Of a stretch of DNA of 64,000 bases, positions 63,865-64,000 are shown piece by piece. The DNA lies in the NCBI RefSeq assembly GCF_036321535.1, contig NC_087437.1, forward strand, positions 105,712,001-105,776,000, written 5' to 3'. Position 1 is the first letter of the stretch. Every line of letters starts with the position of its first letter. Position numbers and translations under genes: made by a program. Source of the DNA: Camelus dromedarius. Taxonomy: Eukaryota. The notes under the pieces were generated by a model. That model was not told the DNA's origin, ran no database searches, and saw nothing but the letters and a program-made list of their open reading frames with translations.

Positions 63865-64000
63865 GTTTTCTAAACATTTTCTAAATATTATTTAACAGTT
63901 CTTTTTAAGAGATCTTTCAAACAGAATTAAACTTTTAAAAGGTCAATTTTTGTGGTACTTTCTTGGAGCATGTAAGATAAAATTAATGAGAGAACTTCAA

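Overview
AT-rich, CpG-depleted eutherian mammal genomic DNA, apparently intergenic or deep intronic. The L1 3'-end types and the absence of any recognisable young SINE suggest a cetartiodactyl, most likely a camelid (inference). I find no intact host protein-coding exon, RNA gene or CRISPR array. The longer ORFs in the track come from microsatellites, L1 ORF2 (sense or antisense) or retroviral gag/pol remnants; the remaining short ORFs match nothing I recognise. The window is a layered record of transposable elements: L2, MIR, MER2, MER5A, MLT1/MLT2/LTR33, L1M and younger L1, and several ERV1 solo LTRs. It includes nested insertions and two 5'-inverted (twin-primed) L1s. The most informative region is 1-9548, with three minus-strand pieces of one class I ERV family. 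One piece is a 3' LTR + PPT + integrase C-terminus with no room for env. The other two are 5' LTR + tRNA-Ile PBS + leader + gag-matrix segments. Both leaders carry an ATG-initiated 'pre-Gag' frame at the same position, in frame with Gag in one copy. Other candidates are a 472-bp polypurine tract, two unexplained inverted-repeat structures (one pseudoknot-like, inside a candidate non-coding exon) and a CpG-dense unique patch. Nothing here by itself establishes a new biological system. Repeat family names are from recalled consensus sequences and boundaries are by eye; both need Dfam/RepeatMasker confirmation.
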